From Okeania sp. (GTDB lineage: Bacteria > Cyanobacteriota > Cyanobacteriia > Cyanobacteriales > Microcoleaceae): a stretch of DNA of 31,253 nucleotides. Where the stretch lies: contig NZ_JAYKGW010000156.1 in the NCBI RefSeq assembly GCF_035285525.1, positions 1-31,253 on the forward strand, written 5' to 3'. Shown here piece by piece: positions 1 to 8,877 of this stretch. The notes under the pieces were generated by a model that saw nothing but the letters and a program-made list of their open reading frames with translations, was not told the origin of the DNA and made no database searches. A program made the translations under genes and the position numbers. Numbering within the stretch: the first letter of the stretch is position 1; each line of letters opens with the position of its first letter.

Positions 1-520
1 ATCCGGGAAATCTCGAAAGTGTAGAAAGTGCGAAAAAAAATACTCTATTTTATAAGATTATGGAGTAGGAAGGAGTGTGGAAAGTGTTGGAGGTGTGGGA
101 AAAAATACTCTATTTGATAAGATTAGGGAGTAAAAAGTAGGAATAAATGTAGGGGTTGTGGGATATGTAGGAAGTGATAAAAAAAATACTCTATTTGATA
201 AGATTAGGGAGTAGGAAGGAGTGTGGAAAATCTCGACAGTGTAGAAAGTTCGGAAAAAAATACTCTATTTCATAAGATTAGGGAGTAGGAAGTAGGAAGA
301 AATATAACTGTGGGAAATGTAGGAAGTGGTGGAAAAAATGCTCTATTTCAAAGATTATCGAGTCGGGAGCAGGAAAGAGTGTGGGAAGTGCGAAAAAAAT
401 ACTCTATCTGATTTGAATAATAACAATAAATATGGTGTTTTTTCCCAAAAAATGTGGAATAGGAAATAGGGGAGAAAAAATATTCTACTTCATTTAAAGA
501 ATGACAAAAATGTGGTATTT
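1..520. repeat. Array of 7 degenerate 61-81 bp units, cut by the window edge. Conserved core is A(6-8)TACTCTATTTGATAAGATTAGGGAGTAGGAAG and the plus strand is C-poor.
   Basis: The core string TACTCTAT (or a variant) starts at 41, 106, 187, 261, 339, 400 and 481. Identity decays toward 520. The filler segments are related to each other (8-32 resembles 228-252). Confidence 0.85.
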
Positions 521-557
521 TTTTCTAGAAAGTAAACTTAAACAAGAGTAATTTTTT

Positions 558-1139
558 ATGGTTTTAACAGAGTCTACAATGTTGACATTGGGAACTCCAG
601 CGCCAAATTTTCAGTTACCAGATGTAGTTTCTGGGGAGACAATTTCTCTATCAACATTTGAGGGCAAAAAAGCATTATTAGTAATGTTTATTTGTCGTCA
701 TTGCCCATTTGTTAAATACGTTCAATTAGAACTTGCTAAAATTGGTAAAGATTATGTTCCTCAAGATGTAGGAATTTTTGCTATTAGTGCTAATAATATT
801 GAAACTCACCCCGATGATTCTCCAGATAAACTAAAGGAAATGGCGTTAGAATTAGGGTTTAATTTTCCCTATTGTTTTGATGAAACTCAGGAAGTGGCAA
901 AATCTTATACTGCTGCTTGTACTCCTGATTTTTTCCTCTTTGATGCTGATTTTAAATTAGTATATAGAGGGCAATTAGATGATAGTCGTCCTAGTAATGA
1001 AAAACCAGTAACGGGTAGTGATTTACGAGCAGCTTTAGATGATGTTTTAGCAGGAAAAAATATCAGCGAAGAACAAAAGCCTAGTATCGGTTGTAATATT
1101 AAATGGAAATCAGGAAATGAACCTGCTTATTTTGCTTAG
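558..1139 (+). CDS. Thioredoxin-fold thiol-disulfide oxidoreductase (AhpC/TSA-redoxin-like)
   Basis: 193-aa ORF with an ATG start. It has the CxxC-type motif CRHCPF directly after a hydrophobic strand (LLVMFI), the typical thioredoxin-fold layout. Confidence 0.8.
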   Translation: MVLTESTMLTLGTPAPNFQLPDVVSGETISLSTFEGKKALLVMFICRHCPFVKYVQLELAKIGKDYVPQDVGIFAISANNIETHPDDSPDKLKEMALELGFNFPYCFDETQEVAKSYTAACTPDFFLFDADFKLVYRGQLDDSRPSNEKPVTGSDLRAALDDVLAGKNISEEQKPSIGCNIKWKSGNEPAYFA

Positions 1140-1293
1140 AAGATAAGCATTTAGTTTTCAGCTATGAGCTATTGTTTTTTTGATGAGCGATAAAATTTTT
1201 ACTAATTAAGTCAGAATTAAACTTGACTGAAAGACTAATTTATTCAATCTTAAAGTCTATATAGCAATTCTAAATAGGTTGTAAGATTTTATC

Positions 1294-1349
1294 GTAGGGG
1301 TTTGGTTTGCAAATTCTTTGGTGCTTGGGTTTGGAAACCAAACCCCTAC
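1294..1349. repeat. Expanded copy of the small palindromic dispersed repeat (GTAGGGGTTTGG ... CCAAACCCCTAC)
   Basis: Two 12-nt arms are perfectly complementary and separated by 32 nt. The same arms occur as a compact palindrome elsewhere in the window. Confidence 0.8.
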
Positions 1350-1462
1350 AATTTTTTATCACTTTATACCAATGTCCGAAATCTGCTGTAAATTAGATGA
1401 AGTTAAATTAAATAGAGATGAACAAAATCAAAAATTTTATCCAAATTTATTAGGATTTTATT

Positions 1463-2851
1463 ATGTCAAAAAAAGATTCTGATTCTACTGCTTTGTTTGA
1501 TGCAGGTTGTCTTGTAGAACTCCTAATTTTCGTGATAATTTTAGGAGGAAGTTATTGGTGGTTTATTGAGAGAAAAAATATTAATTTATCTCAAGCTATA
1601 TCTAATAGTTCTGTGGTTTATTGGTTACATGAAAAGTTTCCTAATGCACCTATCCCTTTTAAACCATCTCCAACAGAAACAATTAAAAATTTACCAGATT
1701 CGTCTCAAGTAAAAACACCATTACCAACTTCTTCCACACAAAAAAAGGAAACAAAACCATCTCTAAAAGAAGCAATTAAAAATTTACCAGATTCGTCTAC
1801 AGTAAAAACACCATTGCCAACTTCTTCTCCACAAAAAAAAGAAGCAATTAAAAATTTACCAGATTCGTCTACAGTAAAAACACCATTGCCAACTTCTTCT
1901 GTAAAACCAACTATTAATCCAACTAAGACTAATAATAATTCTCCAAATAAAAGAACTTTAACTCTTTGGGATAAAAAACAGATTAGAGGCATATATTTAA
2001 GTCGTTATGCTATCACCAATAATGCTAATGAAAGAACAATTCGTGAACGAGTTCGTTATTACAAAAAACAAGGATTTAATACTATAATTCATGGAGTTTG
2101 GGGAAATGGTTGTACTATGTATAAAAGCCAAGTAATAGAACAAATACTAGGAGCAAAAAGTTGCCCTAATGAATTTAATGAACAATGGTTAAACTGGTTA
2201 ATTGATGAAGCACATAAACAAGGAATGGAAGTTCATGCTTACTTTGAAAAAGGAATTAAAATAGATGAAAATAGTCCGATATTTGATTTAGCGATCGCTA
2301 AAAAATGGATAGTTCCTGGAGTGGATAAAACCTATAGTGGAATCGAGCATTATGTCTTAGATGTAGAGGTAAAAGAAGTGGCTGATTTCTTTACTAATAT
2401 TCTAGTGGAATTTGTGAAAAAATATCCCAATATAGATGCAGTACAATGGGATGATTATTTGGGATATCATGCAGAATTACCAGGAAAGGTAGACCGAACT
2501 GTTAACTTGACAAATTTTATTGAGCGAATGATTAAAGAAATGAAAAAAGCGAATAATTCAGTTAGTTTTGATATCTGTCATCATAACCCTTATTGGGCAA
2601 AAAAATATTTTGCAGCGGACTGGGAAAAATGGTCGGTAGATCGAGTTTTTATTCAAGTTTATAATGATGATAATTTTGAGGAAGAATTAAATTATGTGAG
2701 AAAATATGATGGTATTGCAATTAGTGAGCAACAATTACATCGTCTGGAGAAATTAGTTAATGATTATAATGTTAAGAGTGTGTTAGTTTTTCCAATGAAT
2801 GAAAAACCAGAAAAAGCAGCTTCTCTTATAAAATCTGCTTTATCAAAATAG
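1463..2851 (+). CDS. Membrane-anchored glycoside-hydrolase-like protein (GHL10/DUF187-like) with a repeat-containing linker
   Basis: 462-aa ORF with an N-terminal hydrophobic helix (LVELLIFVIILGGSYWWFI) and a P/S/T/K-rich linker carrying 3 in-frame repeats. The C-terminal ~290 aa (IRGIYLSRY, GFNTIIHGVWGNG, EAHKQGMEVHAYFE, QWDDYLGYH) resemble the TIM-barrel GHL10 family from memory. Confidence 0.55.
   Translation: MSKKDSDSTALFDAGCLVELLIFVIILGGSYWWFIERKNINLSQAISNSSVVYWLHEKFPNAPIPFKPSPTETIKNLPDSSQVKTPLPTSSTQKKETKPSLKEAIKNLPDSSTVKTPLPTSSPQKKEAIKNLPDSSTVKTPLPTSSVKPTINPTKTNNNSPNKRTLTLWDKKQIRGIYLSRYAITNNANERTIRERVRYYKKQGFNTIIHGVWGNGCTMYKSQVIEQILGAKSCPNEFNEQWLNWLIDEAHKQGMEVHAYFEKGIKIDENSPIFDLAIAKKWIVPGVDKTYSGIEHYVLDVEVKEVADFFTNILVEFVKKYPNIDAVQWDDYLGYHAELPGKVDRTVNLTNFIERMIKEMKKANNSVSFDICHHNPYWAKKYFAADWEKWSVDRVFIQVYNDDNFEEELNYVRKYDGIAISEQQLHRLEKLVNDYNVKSVLVFPMNEKPEKAASLIKSALSK
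1680..1900 (+). repeat. In-frame coding tandem repeat, 3 copies, of AIKNLPDSS(Q/T)VKTPLPTSS
   Basis: The core CAATTAAAAATTTACCAGATTCGTCT..CCAACTTCTTC starts at 1680, 1773 and 1845 (periods 93 and 72 nt, both multiples of 3). Copies 2 and 3 are nearly identical at the DNA level. Confidence 0.9.
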
Positions 2852-3348
2852 GAGTTGATGGTACAAGTAAGAAGGAAGAAGAAAGAAGTAAGAAAGAATT
2901 CAATAATGGATAATTGATAATTACCTCTCCCTCAAAGGAAGAAGATTGAATAAAAGGAAAAAATTTATTTTTTTCCCTTTTAAAGGGAAGGCTTCAAGGC
3001 GCGAATTATTTAATTATTAATTCTTCAGTAAGAAAGAAGAAGTAAGAAAAAAGTAAGAAAGAAGAAGTAAGAATCTATGGATAGTTAAAGATTTTTTTGT
3101 GGTAATTTTGTTTAAATAGGATTAAATGAACATAATCTTTCAAGTCGCCTTTGATAGTAAGATTCAATTTACCTCAACAAAGCCAAGCTTTTATCTCAAA
3201 ATAAAATAAATAGCTCGCCGCTAAATGCTTACCAAACAATTTTTCATTGTTGAACTTATACCGAAGTAGGAGGTACTGATAACCGATAACTGAAATGGCA
3301 TAATTTAAGATAAAATAAATAATAAAGGGAGATTTGAGGAAAATAAAA

Positions 3349-4827
3349 ATGGCTATAAAATTGCAAAGACCAATATTGGTAGGGGGAATAGGATTATCTC
3401 TTCTATTATGGTTACTAGATAGTGTCCAAAATTCTGTGGCAGAATTTGGTGGAACTACTATGTTAGGAATTATGGCAGCAAGTCTGGGGGTTTGGTTATT
3501 AAAAAGACCAAAATCTTTACTACCCCAAAAAACAACTATAATTCCATCGCCGACAAAAGAAGTTGCGGAACAAGCGATCGCCTCTTTAAATACTACTATA
3601 GATAAACTTATTTTGGAAGTTGAAGGTATTAATAAGTCTGAAAAAATAAGTAATGATATTAATCAATTATGTCAGCAGGTAACTACTCTTACTAAGGAGT
3701 TAGAAAGAAAAGAATTAAGTATAGTTATTACAGGTAATCAAGGAGTTGGTAAAACTGCTTTGATTGAAATATTAAAGTCCGAGTGGATATCTAGAAATTC
3801 TCAAAAAATAGAAGTTACCGATCTAACTTGGCAGTCAGAATGGATAACTAAAAATGAGGTTCCAATTAATCCTTTATCCTCTTACGATTTAATATTATTT
3901 TTGACTACGGGTGACTTAATAGATTCAGAATTTCAAGCTTTATCAAAACTCACAACTTTCGGTCAACGTTTCATTTTAATTTGGAATAAACAAGACCTAT
4001 ATTTGCCAGGCCAAAAACCACAAATTTTCCAAAAAATTAAAGAGACATTATCTACTATTAATTCTGAAGAAAATTTAGTCGGCATTTCTGCTAAACCTAA
4101 TTCTATTAAAGTGCGAAAATATCAGCAGGATGGAAGTATTCAAGAATCTACAGAACCACAATTACCAGAAATATCTGAACTGACAGTCAAACTGAATCAA
4201 ATATTAGCAGAAGAAAAGGAAAAATTAGTTTGGGCGACTACTATCAGAAAAGCAGAAATAGTTAGATTGGAAGCTAAAAATATTCTCAATCAAATCAGAC
4301 GAGAACGGGCGATTCCTGTAATTGAACAATATCAATGGATAGCTGCTGCTACAGCATTTGCTAATCCAGTTCCAACTTTAGATTTATTAGCAACCGCAGC
4401 AATAAATACTCAATTAATAGTAGACTTAAGTACCATATATGAACAAAAATTTTCTTTAGAAAAAGGCAAGCAAGTAGCAGGTACGATGGCAGAATTAATG
4501 TTCAAATTAGGATTAGTAGAATTATCTACCAAAACATTAAGTACTATCCTAAAAAGTAACAGTGTAACTTTTGTCGCTGGTGGTGCTATTCAAGCTGTTA
4601 GTGCTGCTTATTTGACTAGAGTAGCAGGTGTTAGTTTAGTTGAATATTTTGCCACTCAAACAGATACTAATTCTGTGAATATTGAGAAGTTAGGAAATAT
4701 TATTCAAAGTGTATTTAGCAAAACTCAAGAAAATAATTTCTTAAAGTCTTTTGTGAATCAGGTAATTAGTCATGTTTTGCCACAAGAGAAAAAATTAGAA
4801 GTTGTTTCAGTTCCAGTAGAACAATAA
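3349..4827 (+). CDS. Membrane protein with a degenerate P-loop GTPase domain and a C-terminal DUF697-like domain
   Basis: The ORF is open from TTG 3334, but ATG 3349 follows GAGGA by 8 nt and is preferred. It has two N-terminal hydrophobic segments, G1 GNQGVGKT, G4 NKQD and G5-like SAK, with no DxxG. The hydrophobic/Gly-Ala-rich C-terminus is like the next gene's. Confidence 0.6.
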   Translation: MAIKLQRPILVGGIGLSLLLWLLDSVQNSVAEFGGTTMLGIMAASLGVWLLKRPKSLLPQKTTIIPSPTKEVAEQAIASLNTTIDKLILEVEGINKSEKISNDINQLCQQVTTLTKELERKELSIVITGNQGVGKTALIEILKSEWISRNSQKIEVTDLTWQSEWITKNEVPINPLSSYDLILFLTTGDLIDSEFQALSKLTTFGQRFILIWNKQDLYLPGQKPQIFQKIKETLSTINSEENLVGISAKPNSIKVRKYQQDGSIQESTEPQLPEISELTVKLNQILAEEKEKLVWATTIRKAEIVRLEAKNILNQIRRERAIPVIEQYQWIAAATAFANPVPTLDLLATAAINTQLIVDLSTIYEQKFSLEKGKQVAGTMAELMFKLGLVELSTKTLSTILKSNSVTFVAGGAIQAVSAAYLTRVAGVSLVEYFATQTDTNSVNIEKLGNIIQSVFSKTQENNFLKSFVNQVISHVLPQEKKLEVVSVPVEQ

Positions 4828-4905
4828 TGGAGCAGCAAGTAAAAACCCTTACTGTTCATTGAATTTTATCGCACACACAAATATAAAATTATTCGTGAAA
4901 AAACT

Positions 4906-4932
4906 GTAGGGGTTTGGTCTCCAAACCCCCTA
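4906..4932. repeat. Small palindromic dispersed repeat GTAGGGGTTTGGTCTCCAAACCCCCTA
   Basis: 9-bp stem GGGGTTTGG/CCAAACCCC. The same motif recurs at least 10 times in the window in both orientations. Confidence 0.9.
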
Positions 4933-5063
4933 ATATAAAGTATTACAATCTATTTAGGATTACTATATATTAAACACTTTTGAATAAACAAAATAAGGTA
5001 AAAAAAATATACAGCTTTTCAAGCAGATTTCAAGCATAATTAAGTACAGATATTAATAATTAA

Positions 5064-6596
5064 ATGTTCCCAGTGCGGGCATCTTGCCCGCGTGGGTTGT
5101 ACCTAATCAAGATGGAATTTGCTGTATCTACTATACTCATAATAATTGGGTTTGGAGACCAAACCCCTACTAAACTATTTAACAAAAATATAATTTTGAA
5201 TAACTTAAATATATCCCCAGAAAAAATAACAGAAAATTATCAATATACAGAAAGTTATCGTAAACAAAATCAAATTCATTGGAAGCGAGCTAGAGCAAGT
5301 TTACGAAGAACTTTAAATAGATATTCTGTCTGGCAAAATGCCTCACAAAAAACAACCAACTCTGAATTATTATCTACTATCAAAACTAAATTAGACTTAT
5401 TAAAATCAAACATTGATAAGCTCGACCAAGAAGTAATTTCAATAGCTGTTTTTGGTTTAGTTAGTCGTGGTAAGTCAGCAGTTTTAAACGCTTTATTAGG
5501 TGAAAAAATATTAGAAACAGGTCCTCTCAATGGCGTAACTCAATGGCCGCGTTCAATTAGATGGAATCCCAATATTTTTGTTAATACCAGTCAACAAGAA
5601 GTAGTAAAAATAGACTTAATAGACACTCCTGGACTAGATGAAGTTTCAGGTGAAATTCGCGGAGAAATGGCGAAAGAAGTTGCTCGTCAAGCTGATTTAA
5701 TTTTGTTTGTTGTTTCTGGAGATATTACTCAGACTGAATATGATGCTTTGTCTGAGTTAAGGAAGGCTAAAAAACCCTTAATTTTAGTCTTTAATAAAAT
5801 TGATTTATATTCAGAAACAGAACGAGAAAAAATTTATCAAAACTTACAAAAAATTGTCTTTCATAAGTCAGTAGAATTAGAAGATATTTACTCTCCTTCA
5901 GAAGTAGTAATGGTCGCAGCAGAACCCAATCCTTTACCTATAAGAATTGAATGGTCTGATGGTAAAATAACTAATGAGTGGGAAACTCCATCTCCTCAAA
6001 TAGATAATTTGCGACAAAAAATAATTACTATTTTAGAACGGGAAGGGCGATCGCTTTTAGCTTTAAATGCTTTAGTTCAAGCTAGAGAAGCTGAGGTAAA
6101 TATTGCTCATAAAACTGTTAAGATTAGACAAAATGAAGCTGATGATTTAATCTGGAATTTTGCTAAATATAAAGCTTTAGCTATTGCTTTGAATCCTATT
6201 TCTATTATTGATGTAGTTGGAACAACGGTAATAGATTTAGCATTAATTCGCTCTTTGTCCCGTCTTTATAATTTGCCCATGACTAGCTATGAAGCTGGTA
6301 AACTTTGGAGGATAATTATTGTTAGTTCTGGTGGTATATTGTTGGGTGATTTAGGAAGTAGTTTATTGTTAGGTTTAGGAAAGGTTGATATTATTTCTTA
6401 TACAGGAGTTGCTATTACTCAAGCTTCTATTGCTGCTTATGGAACTTATGCTATTGGTCGTGCTACTAAAGTTTATTTGGAAAAGGGTTGTACTTGGGGA
6501 AGTTTAGGTCAAGATATTGTGATTAGGGATATTTTAAGTCAGATGGAACCTGATACAATAATTTATCGTTTACAACAGGAATTATTTAATAAATGA
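5064..6596 (+). CDS. GTPase (canonical G1-G4) with a C-terminal DUF697-like membrane domain
   Basis: G1 GLVSRGKS, G3 DTPG and G4 NKID are present, and the C-terminal hydrophobic/Gly-rich region is paralogous to the previous gene's. The start is uncertain. Codons 1-36 read through two dispersed repeats (5067-5110 and 5148-5170), so the true start is more likely downstream, for example TTG 5196. Confidence 0.65.
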   Translation: MFPVRASCPRGLYLIKMEFAVSTILIIIGFGDQTPTKLFNKNIILNNLNISPEKITENYQYTESYRKQNQIHWKRARASLRRTLNRYSVWQNASQKTTNSELLSTIKTKLDLLKSNIDKLDQEVISIAVFGLVSRGKSAVLNALLGEKILETGPLNGVTQWPRSIRWNPNIFVNTSQQEVVKIDLIDTPGLDEVSGEIRGEMAKEVARQADLILFVVSGDITQTEYDALSELRKAKKPLILVFNKIDLYSETEREKIYQNLQKIVFHKSVELEDIYSPSEVVMVAAEPNPLPIRIEWSDGKITNEWETPSPQIDNLRQKIITILEREGRSLLALNALVQAREAEVNIAHKTVKIRQNEADDLIWNFAKYKALAIALNPISIIDVVGTTVIDLALIRSLSRLYNLPMTSYEAGKLWRIIIVSSGGILLGDLGSSLLLGLGKVDIISYTGVAITQASIAAYGTYAIGRATKVYLEKGCTWGSLGQDIVIRDILSQMEPDTIIYRLQQELFNK

Positions 6597-6636
6597 AGTA
6601 AGAAGTAAGAAGTAAGAAGTAAGAAGTAAGAAGTAA
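6595..6636. repeat. Heptamer array GAAGTAA x6 (STRR-like)
   Basis: Six perfect copies. The array begins inside the TGA stop codon (6594-6596) of the GTPase gene. Confidence 0.95.
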
Positions 6637-6907
6637 GTTAGTAAATTTTTTGGAAAAAATTGTTTATTTCCAGTTTGCCAATATTTCCCTAATTTCCCAA
6701 CCATCATCTTTCCTCAAAATGTAGAGACTCATTTCTCCCAAAATTTACTATTGGGATATACGCAACACAGATGAATCAGATTTTTATTTCCAGTTTGCCA
6801 ATATTTCCCTTTTACGAATATTTCTCTCACTTCCCACAGTAACTCTTGCCATAAATTCATTTCTGAATCTCTGTATTTTCCTTCTTCCTTCTTCCTCCTT
6901 TCTTTCT

Positions 6908-7597
6908 TCAACATTTAACTATTCTTAAACCTTCTCTGAAGTGGAAAATTGTAGTCACTACTGCTATGACAAAATAAAAAATTCTAATGAACCAAAAACA
7001 TAAACTCATACTCCAAGAAATTATTCCCGGAGGAACTCCAATTATCCTAACAAAGTTAGAATTAACACTCTTTTCTAATCTATCTAAATTCTCAATTTCT
7101 ACTTTTGTATCAGGAAGAATGGGAAATTGAGCAGTATATAAATAAAAACCATATATACCATCATTTTTTACTCTTTGAACTAAAAATGAATTAGTTAGTA
7201 ACTCAGCTCGCTCAAAAGATAAATTTTCATTTTTAGCTAACTGTTCTATCCAAATATCATATCTCGCTATTTGAGTAGTAATAAAAATTATAGGAACTAA
7301 AATTATTAATAGAGTTGTACTTACATAGCGACCCAAATATTTAGGTAAAAAAACAGTTGCTAAACCATAACCCATTCCCACAGCAGCAAAAACAATAATA
7401 TTGAAAATTTCTACAATTTCTATCCCTCTTAAAAAGTCACCAAAAACTATTAAACTGTATAAAAAATTGTCAGCTAATTTCACAGATATTATTTTAGCTG
7501 AAACTATAGTGCTGAAAATAAATGAAGTACAAAATATGTAAATAGACATTTTAATTAGTAAAATCAAATATATACTAATTTTTTTTTTTGTTAACAT
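6908..7597 (-). CDS. Hypothetical multi-pass membrane protein
   Basis: 229-aa ORF with several long hydrophobic segments and no recognisable motif. Coding status rests on ORF length and plausible TM organisation only. Confidence 0.45.
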   Translation of the reverse strand: MLTKKKISIYLILLIKMSIYIFCTSFIFSTIVSAKIISVKLADNFLYSLIVFGDFLRGIEIVEIFNIIVFAAVGMGYGLATVFLPKYLGRYVSTTLLIILVPIIFITTQIARYDIWIEQLAKNENLSFERAELLTNSFLVQRVKNDGIYGFYLYTAQFPILPDTKVEIENLDRLEKSVNSNFVRIIGVPPGIISWSMSLCFWFIRIFYFVIAVVTTIFHFREGLRIVKC

Positions 7598-7648
7598 GAC
7601 AATTGGAATAATGAATAATTGATAATGAATAATTAATAATTAATAATG

Positions 7649-7806
7649 AATAATTATTTACAACCCATTCCATGTAAGTGCAGTATAGTGATTCTATTAG
7701 ATTGGAGAAAGTTAAATGGATAATGAATAATTAATAATAAATAATTATTTACAACCTATTCCATGTAAGTGCAGTATAGTGATTCTACTAGATTGGAGAA
7801 AGTTAA
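7649..7806. repeat. Tandem duplication of a 67-bp core at a 91-bp period
   Basis: AATAATTATTTACAACC[C/T]ATTCCATGTAAGTGCAGTATAGTGATTCTA[T/C]TAGATTGGAGAAAGTTAA occurs at 7649-7715 and 7740-7806. Confidence 0.9.
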
Positions 7807-7870
7807 GAATAAAAACTTGCTAGTTCTGTATATGTATGTATTGATAAATAAAATTACAATGAATTAATTA

Positions 7871-8740
7871 TCAATTATCAATTAATGAAGAATTATGTTT
7901 AAATGCTTGTTGAGCTAATTTTGTGATTTGAGCGATCGCCGACTTATCAACTAAAATATCACTATCCAGATTTAACCATAATAAATATTCTATATTACCA
8001 GCCGGACCTTGTATCGGAGACCAAGTTAAACCAGCCAATTTCCATCCTAAATTATTAGCACTACAACACACTTGAAAAATTGCTTCAGCTTGGTCAAAAG
8101 AGGAACGAACTACACCCTTTTTCCCCACTTTTTCTTTACCTACTTCAAACTGAGGTTTTACCAACAAAATTGTCTCACGAGGAGGAATAAGTAATTGCCA
8201 TAAAGCAGATAAAATTTTAGTTATAGAAATAAAAGAAACATCAACTACAGCTAAACTCGGATATATTTGTGTAGCATTTTCTTGTGATTCATAATTGAAT
8301 ATTAATGAATCACCATATAATTTTTCAGGAGTTAAATAACGTATATTAGTTCTCTCTTTCAAAATTACTCTAGAGTCGTTACGCAACTTCCAATCAACTT
8401 GTCCGTAACCAACATCAATACCATAAATTAACTTAGCTCCTGCTTGTAATAAACAATCTGTAAATCCTCCCGTAGATATGCCACCATCAAGACATATTCT
8501 GTCAGAAATAGGAATAGAAAAATATTCTAATGCTTTAGCAAGTTTATAACCTCCCCTAGAAACATATAAAGATTTTTGTTTAACCTTAATATCTGCCTCT
8601 AAATCAACTTCAGTTCCAGGTTTATCAATTATTTGTTGATTTACCATTACTTCTCCGGCTCTAATCAAAACCTGAGCTTTTTGTCGAGAAGTAGATAAAT
8701 TTCGTTCTACCAATAAAACATCTAATCTTTGTTTAGACAC
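7871..8740 (-). CDS. tlyA: TlyA-family 16S/23S rRNA (cytidine-2'-O)-methyltransferase
   Basis: It has an N-terminal S4 RNA-binding domain (RLDVLLVERNLSTSRQKAQVLIRAGEVMVN) and an FtsJ-type methyltransferase with LDGGISTGGFTDCLLQ. The length of 289 aa is typical. Confidence 0.85.
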   Translation of the reverse strand: MSKQRLDVLLVERNLSTSRQKAQVLIRAGEVMVNQQIIDKPGTEVDLEADIKVKQKSLYVSRGGYKLAKALEYFSIPISDRICLDGGISTGGFTDCLLQAGAKLIYGIDVGYGQVDWKLRNDSRVILKERTNIRYLTPEKLYGDSLIFNYESQENATQIYPSLAVVDVSFISITKILSALWQLLIPPRETILLVKPQFEVGKEKVGKKGVVRSSFDQAEAIFQVCCSANNLGWKLAGLTWSPIQGPAGNIEYLLWLNLDSDILVDKSAIAQITKLAQQAFKHNSSLIDN

Positions 8741-8877
8741 AAGTTTTACTTATTAAATAGCTATTAGTTATTAGCTTTTTGACTTATTAAAATTTGCTTC
8801 ATTTATCTTGCTCGCGTAGGCGTACCTAACCAAGGTGGAATCCCCTGTGTTAATTATTAATTATTAATTATTAATTA

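Noticed and set aside
1-520. CRISPR array (regular ~35-nt repeat with 25-45 nt intervening segments)
   Set aside because: The period is irregular (61-81 nt) and repeat identity is poor by CRISPR standards. The intervening segments are low-complexity, purine-rich and repeated among themselves (8-32 resembles 228-252). No cas genes are in the window.
1705-1992. 95-aa minus-strand ORF
   Set aside because: It is antisense to the tandem-repeat linker of the GHL10-like gene, and the ORF itself is repetitive for that reason.
3255-3300. Glutamine (glnA-motif) riboswitch suggested by GAAGTAGG at ~3264
   Set aside because: The flanking CGTTC / GGAACG pairing elements of that motif are absent. Nothing comparable lies upstream of glnA either.
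6729-6914. 61-aa minus-strand ORF whose ATG overlaps the stop of the membrane-protein gene (ATGTTGA)
   Set aside because: The N-terminus is Lys/Glu low-complexity sequence derived from a GAAGGAAGAAGG purine tract. The body contains a 30-nt element (GGGAAATATTGGCAAACTGGAAATAAA) that recurs non-codingly at 6663-6690. Translational coupling cannot be excluded, but it is unsupported.
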